Source: Eledone cirrhosa
Taxonomy: Eukaryota
DNA length: 64,000 nt
Direction: 5' to 3'
Assembly (NCBI GenBank): GCA_964016885.1
Contig: OZ024756.1
Location: 37,696,001-37,760,000, forward strand
Positions 1 through 14,401 of this stretch are shown one piece after another. Each line of letters starts with the position of its first letter. Within the stretch, counting starts at the first letter, position 1. The notes under the pieces are model-generated. The model saw only the letters and a list, made by a program, of their open reading frames with translations, searched no databases and was not told where the DNA came from. Made by a program: the position numbers and the translations under genes.

Positions 1-206
1 ACATAATATTTTAACATAAAGCTACTTCTCATAATTGCTTCTCTCTCTCTCTCTCTCTCTCTCTTGCTAGCAAGCTAGATAGGTAGATAGTGATAGTAAG
101 AAAGATACAGGTTGATAGTTAGGTGTATAAATGGATATATAGAGACATATGTATGTGTGAGTGTGTATATATATATATATATATATATACATATATATCT
201 ATCTAT

Positions 207-360
207 CTAAGGCAGGTAAAATTCTCGCGATCCATGGACGAGTTCTCTCCAGCGGTCTCTGTCCCTCATTATCACTGCCATGTCCTGCGTCTCCAACAGA
301 CCAGTGTCTGTCCTTAGGGCATCAACATACGTTAACCTTGGTCTTCCTCTTCTAGTGTCC

Positions 361-361
<1 letters not shown>
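207..361 (-). mobile_element. RTE-clade LINE, extreme 3' end of ORF2
   Basis: Translates to [48 protein letters not shown], an RTE C-terminal GRP...W motif; near-identical to 59379-59535. Confidence 0.85.
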
Positions 362-394
<33 letters not shown>

Positions 395-433
395 GCACAT
401 ATATACATACATGCCAATATATATGCATATACA

Positions 434-473
<40 letters not shown>

Positions 474-608
474 TATATATATATACATACACACACACAT
501 ATATATACATACACACACATATATATATATATATACACACACACATATATATATACATACACACACACACATATATATATATATACATACACACACACAC
601 ATACACAC

Positions 609-639
<31 letters not shown>

Positions 640-730
640 TATATATACATACACACACATATATATATACACACATATATATACACACACACACATATAT
701 ATACACACACACATATATATATACATACAT

Positions 731-775
<45 letters not shown>

Positions 776-858
776 CACACACACACATACAGACATATAT
801 ATATATATACATACACCCATATATATATATATACATACACACACACATACACACACAC

Positions 859-946
<88 letters not shown>

Positions 947-1269
947 CTCTATATACAGAGAGAGGGAAGTTCCTTTACTGTTCCCACTCACCCCAGGTAG
1001 TTATAATACCACCAGTATATGTTGCAAAATGTAACTTGGCTTTTAACCTGCAACCCACCACCCCACCCAGCCCAGCCGCCCACCTTCCAAAATTTCATGG
1101 AGGGGTGTGGTGGGGTGGGGTGGGGTCGGGGTGGGGGTGGAATGGAGTAGAAGAGTTTTATTGGAGAAGAGGGTAGCAATAGGAAGTGTGTACTACACAT
1201 GTTTCTAAACCAAAATATTATGGGAAATTCTATTACATTAAGATGAAAGGAAATCCTATTTATTATCTA

Positions 1270-1344
<75 letters not shown>

Positions 1345-1371
1345 ATATGCATATATATATGTATATATATA

Positions 1372-1402
<31 letters not shown>

Positions 1403-1453
1403 ATATGCATATATATATGTATATATATAGAGAGAGAGATATATATGCATATA

Positions 1454-1501
<48 letters not shown>

Positions 1502-1551
1502 TAGATAGATATAAATATATATATATATATATATGCATATATACGTATATA

Positions 1552-1582
<31 letters not shown>

Positions 1583-1595
1583 GCATATATATATG

Positions 1596-1628
<33 letters not shown>

Positions 1629-1662
1629 GGCTTTTTGCTACAATATTTTCTATACCTTTCAT

Positions 1663-1716
<54 letters not shown>

Positions 1717-1738
1717 ATTTATTAGTATTTATATTCTA

Positions 1739-1806
<68 letters not shown>

Positions 1807-1834
1807 GTATATATATATATACATATATATATAC

Positions 1835-1868
<34 letters not shown>

Positions 1869-1870
1869 TT
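362..1870. repeat. Compound (TA)n/(CA)n microsatellite field
   Basis: Directly visible; source of the YI/HT/CV pseudo-ORFs. Confidence 0.95.
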
Positions 1871-1899
1871 AGTTATTTGTGTATTTGTCTCTTCCCCAT

Positions 1900-2645
1900 C
1901 AATAACAACAACAGCAACAATAATATCAACAACGTCACTGCCGCCATTAAAAACCAGAACACCACTAACACCAATGCCACCAACAACATCACCAATACCA
2001 CTACCATCAACACTACCACCAACACTACCACCAACACTATCACCAACACTACCACCAACACTACCACCAACACTACCACTACCACCAACATTACCACCAA
2101 CACTATCACCAACACCACTACCATCAACACTACCATCAACACTACCACCAACACTACCACTAACACTACCACCAACACTACCACCAACACCACTACCACC
2201 AACACTACCACCAACACCACTACCATCAACACTATCACCAACACCACTAACACCAACACTACCACAAACACCACTACCACCAACACCACTACCACCAACA
2301 CCACTACCACAAACACCACTACCACTACCACCAACACCACTAACACCAACACTACCACCAACACTACCATCAACACTACCACCAACACTATCACCAACAC
2401 CACTAACACCAACACTACTACCAACACTACCATCAACACTACCACCAACACCACTAACACCACTACCACCAACACCAATACTACCACCAACAACACTACT
2501 ACCACCAATACCAACATCAATACTACCACCAACAACACTACCACCACCACCAACACCACTACCACCACCAACACTACCACCAACACTACCACTACCACCA
2601 ATACTACCACCACACCACTACCACCAATACCAACACCAACACAAG
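1900..2645. repeat. Degenerate (ACC/AAC/ACT)n trinucleotide array
   Basis: accaccaacact-type 12-15 bp units. Confidence 0.9.
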
Positions 2646-3147
2646 TGGGATTTCATGATGAAAGGTAAATGAGTGACATTGTTTGCTTTTGGTGGAGGGT
2701 GTAGGGTGATAGGGGGAGTGAGGCAGAAGAGTGGGGAGGGGGAGGGAGGGGGTAACGGGGGGCATTATATTTGTTGTTGTTATTGTTGTTGTTTTGTTTT
2801 TGTTTTGTTTTACAACTTTTTCCCATCCCCTCAAATCTCTCTCTTCCTCCAATATAAACCCTTTTTCCTTCTCTCCCCCTCTCTCTGTCTTTCTCCCTTT
2901 CTTTCTCTCCCCCTCTCTCTGTCACTCCCTCTCTGTCACTCCCTCTCTCTCTCTCTCTCTGATTATACATTCCAATAATAAATGTTAACCCAATCCATTA
3001 TTTCCAAGAAGCTATATATACAGATGTTAATCCAGGGGGGATGGGGAATGGAGGGAGATGACGGGCAGGGGTTGGAGGTAGGCAACTGACTCACTTATAC
3101 ACACACACACATATATATGTGTGTGTGTGTATATATATGTGTGTATA

Positions 3148-3210
<63 letters not shown>

Positions 3211-3331
3211 ATATATATGTGTATATATATATATGTGTATATATATATATATATGTGTGTGAGTGTGTGTATATATATATATATATATGTTAGTGTGTGT
3301 ATATTTATATATATATGTGTGTGTATATACA

Positions 3332-3376
<45 letters not shown>

Positions 3377-3477
3377 ATATATATATGTGTGTGTGTATAT
3401 ATATATGTGTGTATATATATATATATGTGTGTATATATATATATATGTGTGAGTGTGTGTATATAGATACATATATA

Positions 3478-3535
<58 letters not shown>

Positions 3536-3544
3536 CGGAGGGGG

Positions 3545-3885
3545 GGAGGGTTGGCAGTATTGGTAGAGGGTCAACGCCATGCTTTGCAGCATAGAGTTAC
3601 GGCCCTTTATGATCTGAGTTCAAATCCCGCTAAGGTTAACTTTACCTTTTATCCTTACAGGGTTGATAAAATAAAGTACCAGTAACGTACTGGGGCCGAT
3701 TTAATCAACTTTCCCCTCCCCCCAAATTACTGGCCTTGTGTCTACACTAGAAATCATTATTTTTATTGAGTTCAAATCCCGCCGAGGTTAAATTTGCCTT
3801 TCATCCTTATGGGGTCGATAAAATAAAGTACCAGTAATACACTGGGATAATTGCTGGCCTTGTGCCAAAAGTAGAAACAATTATT
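3545..3885 (+). mobile_element. Two adjacent copies of tRNA-derived SINE family A
   Basis: A box ttggcagtattggtag, B box gagttcaaatccc, body gcctttcatccttacggggtcgataaaataaagtaccag (resembles the Nin/Deu SINE domain); many copies in the window. Confidence 0.8.
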
Positions 3886-3944
3886 TTTATTGTTGTTGTT
3901 GTATATATCATTATTGTTGTAGTAGTATTGGCTTTGGCAGTAGA

Positions 3945-4205
3945 AGGCTCATTTGACCGGTGCTTATCCCGGTTTCATGGTGCGAAGGGACTGAGAGTAC
4001 AGGACTTCCCCTGGATAGGACCTCAGTCAATCGCAGGGTTAACCCCCAAGTTATTGCTGGTACTCATTTTCAGCTGAGTATACTCTGGAGTATACAACGT
4101 GAAATGAAGTAATTTGCTCAAGGACACAACACACAACCTAGGAATCGAACCAACAATATTAGGATCCCAAGCCCAACACCCTTACCACTAGGCCACACTC
4201 CTCCA
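3945..4205 (-). mobile_element. tRNA-derived CORE-type SINE with V-domain-like tail
   Basis: Reverse strand reads gtggcctagtggtaagg...ggttcgattcc, CORE-like gtccttgagcaa, then ccctgcgattgactgaggtcctatccagggg...gaaaccgggataagc. Confidence 0.7.
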
Positions 4206-4249
4206 CTTTTTACGGCACGCCAATGTTAGAAAGAATTATCATTATTGTT

Positions 4250-4590
4250 TACGGCCCTTTATGGTTTGAGTTCAAGTCCAGCCGAGGTTAACTTTGCCTT
4301 TCATCCTTACGGGGTCGATAAAATAAAGTACCAGTAATGTACTGGGTATTTGCTGGCCTTGTGCCTAAAGTAGAAACAATTTTTGTTATTAGGGTCAGAC
4401 GCCATGCTTTGCAGCAAAGAGTTACGGCCCTTTGCGGTCTGAGTTCAAATCCCGCCATAGTTAACTTTGTCTTTTATCCTTACAGGGTTGATAAAATAAA
4501 GTACCAGTCACGCACTGGGGTTGATTTAATCAACTTTCCCCCTTCCCCCAAAATTGCTGGCCTTGTGCCTATAGTAGAAATCATTATTAT
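4250..4590 (+). mobile_element. Two further 5'-truncated SINE family A copies
   Basis: Same B box and body as 3545-3885. Confidence 0.8.
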
Positions 4591-5934
4591 TGCTGTTATT
4601 GTTGTTGTTATTATTGTTGTTGTTGTTGATGTAGCTACTGTTGATGTTGCTGTTATTGTTGTTGTTATTGTTGTTGTTATTGTTGTTGTTATTGTTGTTG
4701 TTGTTGTTGTTGATATTAATGTTGCCGTTGAAGTTACAATTGTTGTGGTTGCAATTGATGTTGTTGTTTGTGTTGCAGTTGTTGTTGTTGTGGTTTGTGT
4801 TGCAGTTGTTGTTGTGGTTTGTGTTGAAGTTGTTGTTGTGGTTTGTGTTGCAGTTGTTCTACTGGTTCCAGTTGTTGTTGTTATTGTTCTTTCTCTTGCC
4901 AATTGTTATTCATAGTTGCAGTTGTTGTTGTTGTTGTTGTTGTTGCTGTTGTTGTACTTGTTGTTATTGTTGTTGTTGTTATTCTTGTTGTTGTTGTTAA
5001 TGGAACTCATTTCATTTACATTTATATCTAATCTGTCTGCTGTCTTGTGGAGCAGAAGATGAGGACGATTATGTGTGTGTGTATGTGTGTGTGTGTGTGT
5101 GTATATATGTGTGTGAGTATGTATGTGTGTGAGTATATATGTGTGTGTATGTATGTGTGTGTGAATGTATGTGTGTGTGTGTGTGTGTGTATGTATGTGT
5201 GTGTGTATATATATATATATGTGTGTGTGTGTGAGTATATATGTGTGTGTATGTATGTGTGTGTGTGTATATATGTGTATATATGTGTATATATGTGTAT
5301 GTGTGTGTGTGTGAGTATGTATGTGTGTGAGTATATATGTGTGTGTGAATATGTATGTGTGTGCGAGTATGTATGTGTGTATAGCGTGTGTATATATATA
5401 TATATATATGTGAGCATATATGTGAATGCATGTGAGTGCATGTGTGTGCATATGTGTATGCATGTCTGCATGCATGAGAGTATGTGGATGTGTGTGTGTA
5501 GAGGGGGTTGTAGAGAAGGAAGGGTGGTGGTAGTGGTGGTGGTGGTGGCAGTGGTGGTGGCAGTGGTGGTGGTGGTGGCAGTGGTGGTGGTGGTGGTGGA
5601 GGAAGTGAAGTTATTGACCGATTAATAATGTCTATAAACAAAATTCAATGATGTTAGTGATGCTATTGATGATGATGATGATAATGGTGATGGTGGTGGT
5701 TGAAGTGGAGGTGGTGGTGTTGGGGAGGGGGGGGGGATGTGGTGCCGGTGGTGGTGGTGATGACGATGAATGTGGTGGTAATGAACACAGTGATGCTAAT
5801 AATGATGATGATGATGGTGGTGGTGGTGGTGGTGGTGGTGGTGATGGTCGTGGTGGTGGTGGTGGTGGTGGTGGTGGTGGTTGAGCAGTGGTGTCGGTGG
5901 TGTGAATGTGATAGTAATGAACACAATGTTGGTA

Positions 5935-5966
<32 letters not shown>

Positions 5967-6067
5967 GGTGATGCTCTTACAGCTGATGATGATAGTGATG
6001 ATGGTGAAAACAATGATAATGACAGTGATGGTAATGATAATGAAAATGATGATGATGATGATGATGC

Positions 6068-6105
<38 letters not shown>
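4590..6105. repeat. (GTT)n, (GT/AT)n, (GGT)n and (GAT)n microsatellite field
   Basis: Directly visible. Confidence 0.9.
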
Positions 6106-6214
6106 CAGTAATTAGAACAAATCATACAATATCACTAATTATAGAAATGATGATTATAGCAATAATTATTTTTATTGTAATTCACTATTATTCAGAAGAA
6201 CATTGTATAAATAG

Positions 6215-6792
6215 TTTTGGTGCCACTCACTATAAAGTGCACTCAGTACACTCTGTAAAGTGCTTGCTGATAGGAAGGGTATCCAGCTGTAGATACTATA
6301 ACAAACAAATGTGTTGAGCAGATTAGTCAGTTGTGTCAAGGACATGACTACCTCCCTAGGGCTGGTATCTCTATAAAATGCACCCAGTACACTCTGTAAA
6401 ATGGTTGCTGATAAGAAAGGTATCCAGCTGTCAAAAGAGTTGAATGATCTAGACAGTTGTTTCAACGACATGACAACCTCCCTAGTGCTGGTGCCACTCA
6501 CTATAGAATGCACCCAGTTCACTCTGTAAAGTGGTTGCTGATAGGAAGGGCATCCATCTGTAGAAAATATGCCAAAAAAGGGTTGAAGGGACTCTTCAGT
6601 TGTTTCAATGACATGACAACTTCTCAGGGGCTGGTGTCACTATAAAAAGCACCCAGTACACTCTGTAATGTGGTTGGTGTTAGCCAGGGTATCCAGCTGT
6701 AGAAAATATGCCAACAAAAAAAAAGGGGTTGTTTCGACGACATGAAACCCCTCTAGGGTCGCTATAAAATGCACCCAGTACACTCTGTAATG
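6215..6792 (+). repeat. Tandem array (~5 x ~135 bp) derived from the RTE 3'UTR/SINE tail
   Basis: Recurrent cacccagtacactctgtaaagtggttg...aggaagggcatccagctgtaga, matching 63020-63065. Confidence 0.75.
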
Positions 6793-6869
6793 ATGCACTT
6801 AAATATGTTCACACTGATTGTTATTTTTGTGTTTCACATGTGGGCAGTTGGGTGTAGCTAGAGGGTGGG

Positions 6870-7530
6870 TGATTATGGCCGGTGGTAGGTATGACTGGAG
6901 GATGGGTGGGTGTATATGACTGGAGGTAGCTATGACTGGAGGGGGTAGGTATGATTGGAGAGGGTGGGTGAATATGACTAGGGGTAGGTATGACTGGAAG
7001 ATGGGTGGGTGGATCTGACTGGGGGGTAGGTATGATTGGAGAGGGTGGGTGAATATGACTGGAGGGGGTAGGTATGACTGGAGGGTGGGTAGGTATAATT
7101 GGAGGATGGCTGGGGGTGAATATGACTAGGGGTAGGTATGAATGGAGGATGGGTGGGTGGATCTGACTGGGGGGTAGGTATGATTGGAGAGGGTGGGTGA
7201 ATATGACTGGAGGAGGTAGGTATGACTGGAGGGTGGGTAGGTATGACTGGCGGAAAGGTGGGTGAATGTGACTCAGGGTAGATATGACTGGAGGATGGGT
7301 GGGTATGTGAATATGACTGGAGGTAGGTATGACTGGGAGATGGGTGGCTATGTGAATATGACTGGAGGGTGGTGTATTTGATTGAAAGAGGGGGGTGAAT
7401 ATGGATGGATGAATGTGGCAGTGGGATGGGGTAAGGATTAGGTGTGAAAGGAGGGTGATTGGAGAGTGTGTGGGTGAGACTGGAGGATGAGTGGGTAAGT
7501 TTGACTCGAGGGAGGGTGGGTGGCTGGGAC
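6870..7530 (+). repeat. G-rich minisatellite (gggtaggtatgactgga-like, ~17-21 bp units)
   Basis: Directly visible degenerate tandem units. Confidence 0.85.
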
Positions 7531-7934
7531 AAGAAGATATGTGGATGGTTGTTTAAAAAGGTGTGTGGTTGTGTCTAGAGGATCCTGTCCCTGAATTAAT
7601 GAAAATATAATATAATATATGGGGCTTACAATTTTAAGTGATGGTGGGGGAGAGCCATGGGTGGAATGTAGAGGGGGTAAATAACACTTCACTAACTACC
7701 CCCACCCCACCCTCTCTCTCTTCTTCCACCTTTTGTTTAGTTTATTTATCCCCCACCCCCACCACCCACTTCCTTGTCCCATTCACAAGGAGGAACTACC
7801 CCAACCACCACCACCACCACCACCACCACTACTACTACCAATGTTTTCCTACCTTTTTTTTTTCTTACTTTTTTAAAAAATTGATTTAGGGTGAATTTTA
7901 TGGCCTTCCTATCACACAAATCACCTGCATCCAT

Positions 7935-7995
<61 letters not shown>

Positions 7996-8618
7996 GTCTC
8001 TGTCTCATTTTTTTTTGTGGTTTTGTTTTTCTTCTTCAGACTTTTTTTTTGTTTCCTTGTTTTTGTTGTTATTGTTGTTGTAATTGTTGTTGTTCTTCCC
8101 CCCCCCCCCCCCTCCTCATTATTATTCAGTCTCCTCTTTTCACTCTCTTTATCCTTCCTCATTCCTTTTCCTCCCCCTCTTTGGTGGTAGTGGTGGAGTA
8201 GGGAAGAGTCAACTCCTCTCTCTTCTCCCTCCTCCTCCTCATAGCCTAAAGGGATATAATGTTTGTACCCCCCCCCCCCCCCACACACACCACCACCACC
8301 ACCACCACCACCAACTCACACCCCACCCACCCAACCAATCCATTCTGCCACAAGATTCACATCCAAACACTGGGTAGAGGGAGTGAGGGGAGGGGAAGTA
8401 TATTTTTTTTTATATTCCAAATATTCCTACTTTTCTTCTCTCTCTCTCTCTCTCTCTCTCTCTAGCACACAGTCACCCCCTCTACACCTTAAACCCCACC
8501 CCACCCACTCCCCATTCTCTTACCCTCTCACCAACAGAAATTTCTTTTTTTTTTAAAACAAAAAGATATATTGAGGACATTACAAAGTAACAAAAACATG
8601 GAAACAACAACAACAGCA

Positions 8619-8830
8619 ATAATTGTTTCTACTTTTGGCACAAGGCCAGCAATTACCCCAGTACATTACTGGTACTATTTTATGAACCCCTGCAAAGATG
8701 AAAGGCAAAGTTATAATAATGATTTCTACTTTAGGCACAAGGCCAGCAATTTGAAAGGGAAGGGGGAAAGTCTATTAAATTGATCCCAGTGCATTACTGG
8801 TACTTTATTTTATCTACCCCATAAGGATGA
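8619..8830 (-). mobile_element. Two truncated SINE family A fragments
   Basis: Reverse complement of the family A 3' body (ggcacaaggccagcaatt...ggtactttattttatc). Confidence 0.75.
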
Positions 8831-8831
8831 A

Positions 8832-9075
8832 ATCTTCCCTTCTTGTTAGTCTACCTGATATCTCACTATATCTCTTGTGTACCCTAGATTTACATTGTGA
8901 GCATCGTATAGAGTTTATGCCTACTCCCTTTCTACATATTGAGCAGGGTCACTTCCCTGAAGGAATCAGGGACCTATCTTCTTTCCTACTTACTAGGACT
9001 TTAGTTTGGATTAAGTTTACTCTTAGCCTTTTTGAACCCAAATGTCCTATTTGTTTTACCTTTCTCCAATGCATC
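8832..9075 (-). pseudogene. Degenerate fragment of the PHD-containing RTE ORF2
   Basis: Reads RLRVNLIQTKVLVSRKEDRSLIPSGK*PCSICRKGVGINSIRCSQCKSRVHKRYSEISGRLT; homologous to 61962-62165, with a stop codon. Confidence 0.85.
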
Positions 9076-9159
9076 TGATGATTTAGATGATGTTTTTGTC
9101 TTGAAACCATTGGTAATGCAGTGTTAAGTCAAACTGTTGATATATATATAGGCTCCTCC

Positions 9160-9515
9160 AAACCAAATACACCCCAACCCACTACCCCCACTCCATCCTC
9201 CCACTCCCGCCAACACTACCCTTTCACTATAAAGTTATCTAGGTACCACAACATCCAGTCCAAACTAATGAGATCGTGTAGGTGTCACAACCAAAAAAAA
9301 CACACAGTCCACACTGTAATGTGGTCATGTAGATAACACGGTAAAAAGTTCCCAGTCCACACTGTAAATGTGGTTGGTGTTAGGAAGGGCATCCAGGCGT
9401 AGAAAACCTGCCAGAAAACCGACCAATCTTGCCTCAAGTGGGACAACTCCCATCTAACCCATGCTAGCGTGGAAGATGGACGTTAAACAATGATGATGAT
9501 CATGATGATGATGAT
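9160..9515 (+). mobile_element. RTE LINE 3'UTR with (GAT)n tail
   Basis: Close match to 62835-63190 (atgagatcgtgtaggtgtcac...ggacgttaaac-gatgatgat). Confidence 0.85.
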
Positions 9516-9875
9516 AAATATACACACACACACACATGACAAAAAGCATCTAGCACTCACTGTAAATGAGATTGGCACTAGGAAGGGCATCAAGCTATAG
9601 AAACCAAGCCAAAATCGGTTCTGTACAAGCAAGACATGGTCACCTGCCCTGCCAGCATGGAAAAAATGAAATTCAAACGGAAATGATAATGATGATGACT
9701 CACATACATATATATATATACATACATATATATATATATGTATGATGTTGATGATGAATATATATATTTATATACATATATATATATATATAAATATATA
9801 TATACGTTTGATGTTGATGACGAAGATATATATATATATATATATATTTATATGTACATATATATATATACAATT

Positions 9876-9918
<43 letters not shown>

Positions 9919-9923
9919 TATAT

Positions 9924-10004
<81 letters not shown>

Positions 10005-10011
10005 TACAATT

Positions 10012-10042
<31 letters not shown>

Positions 10043-10410
10043 AATTCAATAGATTTTTGGATATTTTTATCAGCAATGAAATATCAAAGTAACTTTGAAA
10101 CAGAGCAAATTCTTTGTAATCTGTGAGAAACATCTCTCAAAGCTTTAGATTCCACATAATAAAAATGGTGCAATTTCATTCCAATCTTCAAAGAGTTTTG
10201 GTAGGACTCAAAGAATGATTTTAAACACACTCACCTTCCACAGCTTGACAACTTCAAACAAACTGTACTTGAATATGTATGCGTGTGTGTTGATTTATAT
10301 TTATATATATATATAAATATATATACACATATGAAGGTTAAATGATAATGATGATATATATATGTATGTATGTTTGTTTCATCATCATATTACATCCACT
10401 TTTCCATGTT

Positions 10411-10515
<105 letters not shown>

Positions 10516-10635
10516 TACATATAGAAATATATATATATATATATATATGCATATATATATATACATATGCATACATCATCATCATCATAATCATCGTTTA
10601 ACGTCCATCTTCTATGGTTGCATGGGTTTGGACCC

Positions 10636-10719
<84 letters not shown>

Positions 10720-10723
10720 GCAT

Positions 10724-10803
<80 letters not shown>

Positions 10804-11127
10804 AATGATGCTGATGATATATATGCCTGTGTTTGTGTGTGTATGCATGTATATTATCATTATCATCATTTTTACATCTGCTTTTCTATTCTTGCATGGG
10901 TTAGAGGAGTTCCCTCTAGTTTTCAGTGTCCCCTATCTTGCCATTTATGAGGTTCAGAGCCCTGATGTCAGTGTTTACCACTTTCTCCTTACACCCTCCA
11001 TCCAATTGAAGCTCTTGGCATTTCTACACCCAACGGTCATCATCTATATACATCATATATCTATACCAACACATTCTTCTCTCCCTCACTCAAATGACCT
11101 AATGGATCAAGCTTGCTTCATTTCTTT

Positions 11128-11485
11128 CATGTCTTCACATGTCTTCTGTATTCATTGCCCATGTCTTCACATGTCTTCTACATCCACTGCCCATATCTTC
11201 ACATGTCTTCTGTATTCATTGCCCATGTCTTCTACATTCACTGCCCATGTCTTCACATGTCTTCTACATCCACTGCCCATATCTTCACATGTCTTCTGTA
11301 TTCATTGCCCATGTCTTCTACATTCACTGCCCATGTATTCACATGTCTTCTACATCCACTGCCCATATCTTCACATGTCTTCTGTATTCATTGCCCATGT
11401 CTTCTACATCCACTGCCCATGTCTTCACATGTCTTCTACATCCACTGCCCATGTCTTCACATATCTTCTGTATTCACTGCTCATA
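11128..11485. repeat. Minisatellite (tgcccatgtcttcacatgtcttctacatccac variants)
   Basis: More than 10 degenerate ~22-33 bp units. Confidence 0.9.
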
Positions 11486-11523
11486 TCTTTTTTTCATGGC
11501 CCAAGATGATAAGTGCCCCCACT

Positions 11524-12583
11524 TTAACTTTTAGCATTTAAACTGGCCATATCCGACCAGAATTCTCTCACCTCTTTCTGTTCAAACAGACTGCCCATAA
11601 TGATGTTAAGGTATTGTTCTCAATAAATAATATCAAAATCTCATAGATTTGATATTATGTGAGATAATTATGTGAGGTAAAGCCTTTACTGTGAAAATAT
11701 AATAGTAACTATAAAGTAATATAAATTCTATGTGAGATATTATGTGAGATAATTATGTGAGGTAAAGCCTTTACCACGAAAATAAAATAGTAAATATAGA
11801 GTAATATAAATTCTATGTGAGATATTATGTGAGGTAAAGCCTTTACTGTGAAAATAAAATAGTAAATATAGAGTAATGTAAATACTATGTGAGATATTAT
11901 GTGAGATAATTATGTGAGGTAAAGCCTTTACCACGAAAATAAAATAGTAAATATAGAGTAATATAAATACTATGTGAGATATTATGTGAGGTAAAGCCTT
12001 TACTGTGAAAATATAATAGTAAATATAGAGTAATGTAAATGTTATGTGAGATATTATGTGAGGTAAAGCCTTTACTGTGAAAATAAAATAGTAAATATAG
12101 AGTAATGTAAATACTATGTGAGATATTATGTGAGATAATTATGTGAGGTAAAGCCTTTACCATGAAAATAAAATAGTAAATATAGAGTAATGTAAATACT
12201 ATGTGAGATATTATGTGAGGTAAAGCCTTTACTGTGAAAATAAAATAGTAAATATAGAGTAATGTAAATACTATGTGAGATATTATGTGAGGTAAAGCCT
12301 TTATTGTGAAAATAAAATAGTAAATATAGAGTAATGTAAATACTATGTGACATATTATGTGAGGTAAAGCCTTTACTGTGAAAATAAAATAGTAAATATA
12401 GAGTAATGTAAATACTATGTGAGATATTATGTGAGATAAAGCCTTTACCACAAAAATAAAATAGTAAATATAGAGTAATGTAAATTCTATGTGAGATATT
12501 ATGTGAGATAATAATGTGAGGTAAAGCCTTTACCATGAAAATGAAATATTAAATATAGAGTAATGTAAATGGTAAAGGGTTAA
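11524..12583. mobile_element. piggyBac-like MITE with internal 72/84-bp tandem expansion
   Basis: Termini ttaacttttagcattta...taaatggtaaagggttaa match the ~225-bp MITE at 36193; the interior has ~12 tandem units. Confidence 0.8.
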
Positions 12584-13808
12584 CCAACAGTTTTTGCTCA
12601 TTATTCAGACATAAAATAGGAGATTGACATATATTTAAGTATATATGGTAAGTTATTCATAGCTGTTTATGCATTTTACATAAATACTGTAACAGAATCT
12701 CTTAAAACACTAACCAAGAGTGAGCTTCTATGGAATACAACCTTTATTAATTTTATAGAAAGAGTGAAAAGCTTTTTTTTTCCTCCAAGATTCTTATTTT
12801 TGTTTAATTCATTTTAATTTGTTTGTTTTTTTTGTGTTTTGTTTTCTGTTGATGGATATAATAATTTTTATACTTGTTTTACTTAAACAAGTGAAATTCA
12901 AAAACTTTACAATGAGTTTGTGGATTATTAAATACTCCAAGATAGATAATTCCTCTCTATGTTTGGGATGGAATATTTTAGCCAACTGGAATGTTTTTCA
13001 ACATGCTGACGTATATGTGTATATGTGTGTGCATGTGTGTATGTGTATATGCATACATTTATATGTATGAGTATATAAATATAAATGCGCAAACACAGAC
13101 ACACTTACAAAAATACACACTCACAGACATACATTCACACAAACACACACACACACATACACACACTCACACAACATAATAAATGGAACGCGAGCCTCTA
13201 TTTTGCTATAGGTTTTTCACCATCCCCTTCCTTCCTTTTACACACACATATACATTCACGCAGGCAGATGTAAAAAGAGAGGTGTAGTATGAGGTAGTCA
13301 AACTACGCCTCTCTCTTTACGTGTTATGACAGAATCGCAGAAATTTATATATAGATGATACAAATGTAATATCATGTATGAAGGATTGTGATGCAAAATA
13401 CCATAGAATTCGTGATTTAAGGAATTATTTACAATTTTTCTCACTGAATGTTCACAGAAAAAGATTTAAGTATCTGCCAAGAGTTGCAAAGGTTTTACAC
13501 ACAATTCTATACCTCGATCTTAGCAAAAACATCTCAGAATAAAACTTATTCAAAAGTAGCTAAAAATTATAAAATACCCATTGTAATTTATGGTAATTTT
13601 TTTTCCACCATTTTCATTTCAGTTGACAACACTGGTGTGTTTATCTATGTGTTTTAGTGTGTGTAAGTGTAAGTGTAACGGTGTTTGTGTTTCTGTTTCT
13701 TTTTGTGTGTTAATAAATGTTTGAAGTTAGATAGATGGCCAAACGATATGTGTCGTTGATGGGAGTGAGCCTATACACATACCCACACACACACACACAG
13801 ACACACAG

Positions 13809-13841
<33 letters not shown>

Positions 13842-13934
13842 CAGTATCCCCAAACATCATTCTAAGAAATATTGCCTGTACAGATCAAAGTGTATATATT
13901 TTTGGGGGGACACCCTGTATGTATAAATATATAT

Positions 13935-14305
13935 ATATACAATATATTAACAAATGGAAACTATATTTATAAAGCCATATTTATTTCATTATACATATTT
14001 CAAGGGCCACCAGAGCAAACTATGGTGCGCTTTCATCAGATAAATTATAATATAGGTTAGTTTTATAAATAAATATTGGCATTTTTTAAGGGTATGTCAA
14101 TATTTATTTATAAAACTAACCTATATTATATTTTATCTGCTGGCCCTTGAAATATGTATAATGAAATAAATATGGTTTTATAAATATAGTTTCCATTTGT
14201 TAATATATTGTATATTTACTCCAATAATTTGTTGAGTGCTTTATATCAGTTATAAAAATATTTTGCTTGTTGTATCCCAACAAATTAAATATAACCTCTA
14301 CATAT
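13935..14305. mobile_element. Fold-back element (IR 13935-14215 plus 3' tail), Penelope-like remnant
   Basis: Long inverted repeat; minus-strand CTGATGA-stem-GAAA in the left arm; bulged hairpin at 14218-14237; (TA)n flanks. Confidence 0.6.
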
Positions 14306-14369
14306 CATATATATATATATTTAATTACATAATAAACAACACAATATAATTATTCCATTACCAAAGGTA

Positions 14370-14401
<32 letters not shown>

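Noticed and set aside
1667-2672. Long Thr/Asn- or Pro-rich mucin-like ORFs
   Set aside because: Trinucleotide repeat open in several frames and on both strands; starts within (TA)n; no unique domain.
13277-13315. Hairpin containing TGAGGTAGT (let-7-like 5' end)
   Set aside because: The match stops after 9 nt and lies in the loop; the hairpin is too short for a pre-miRNA.
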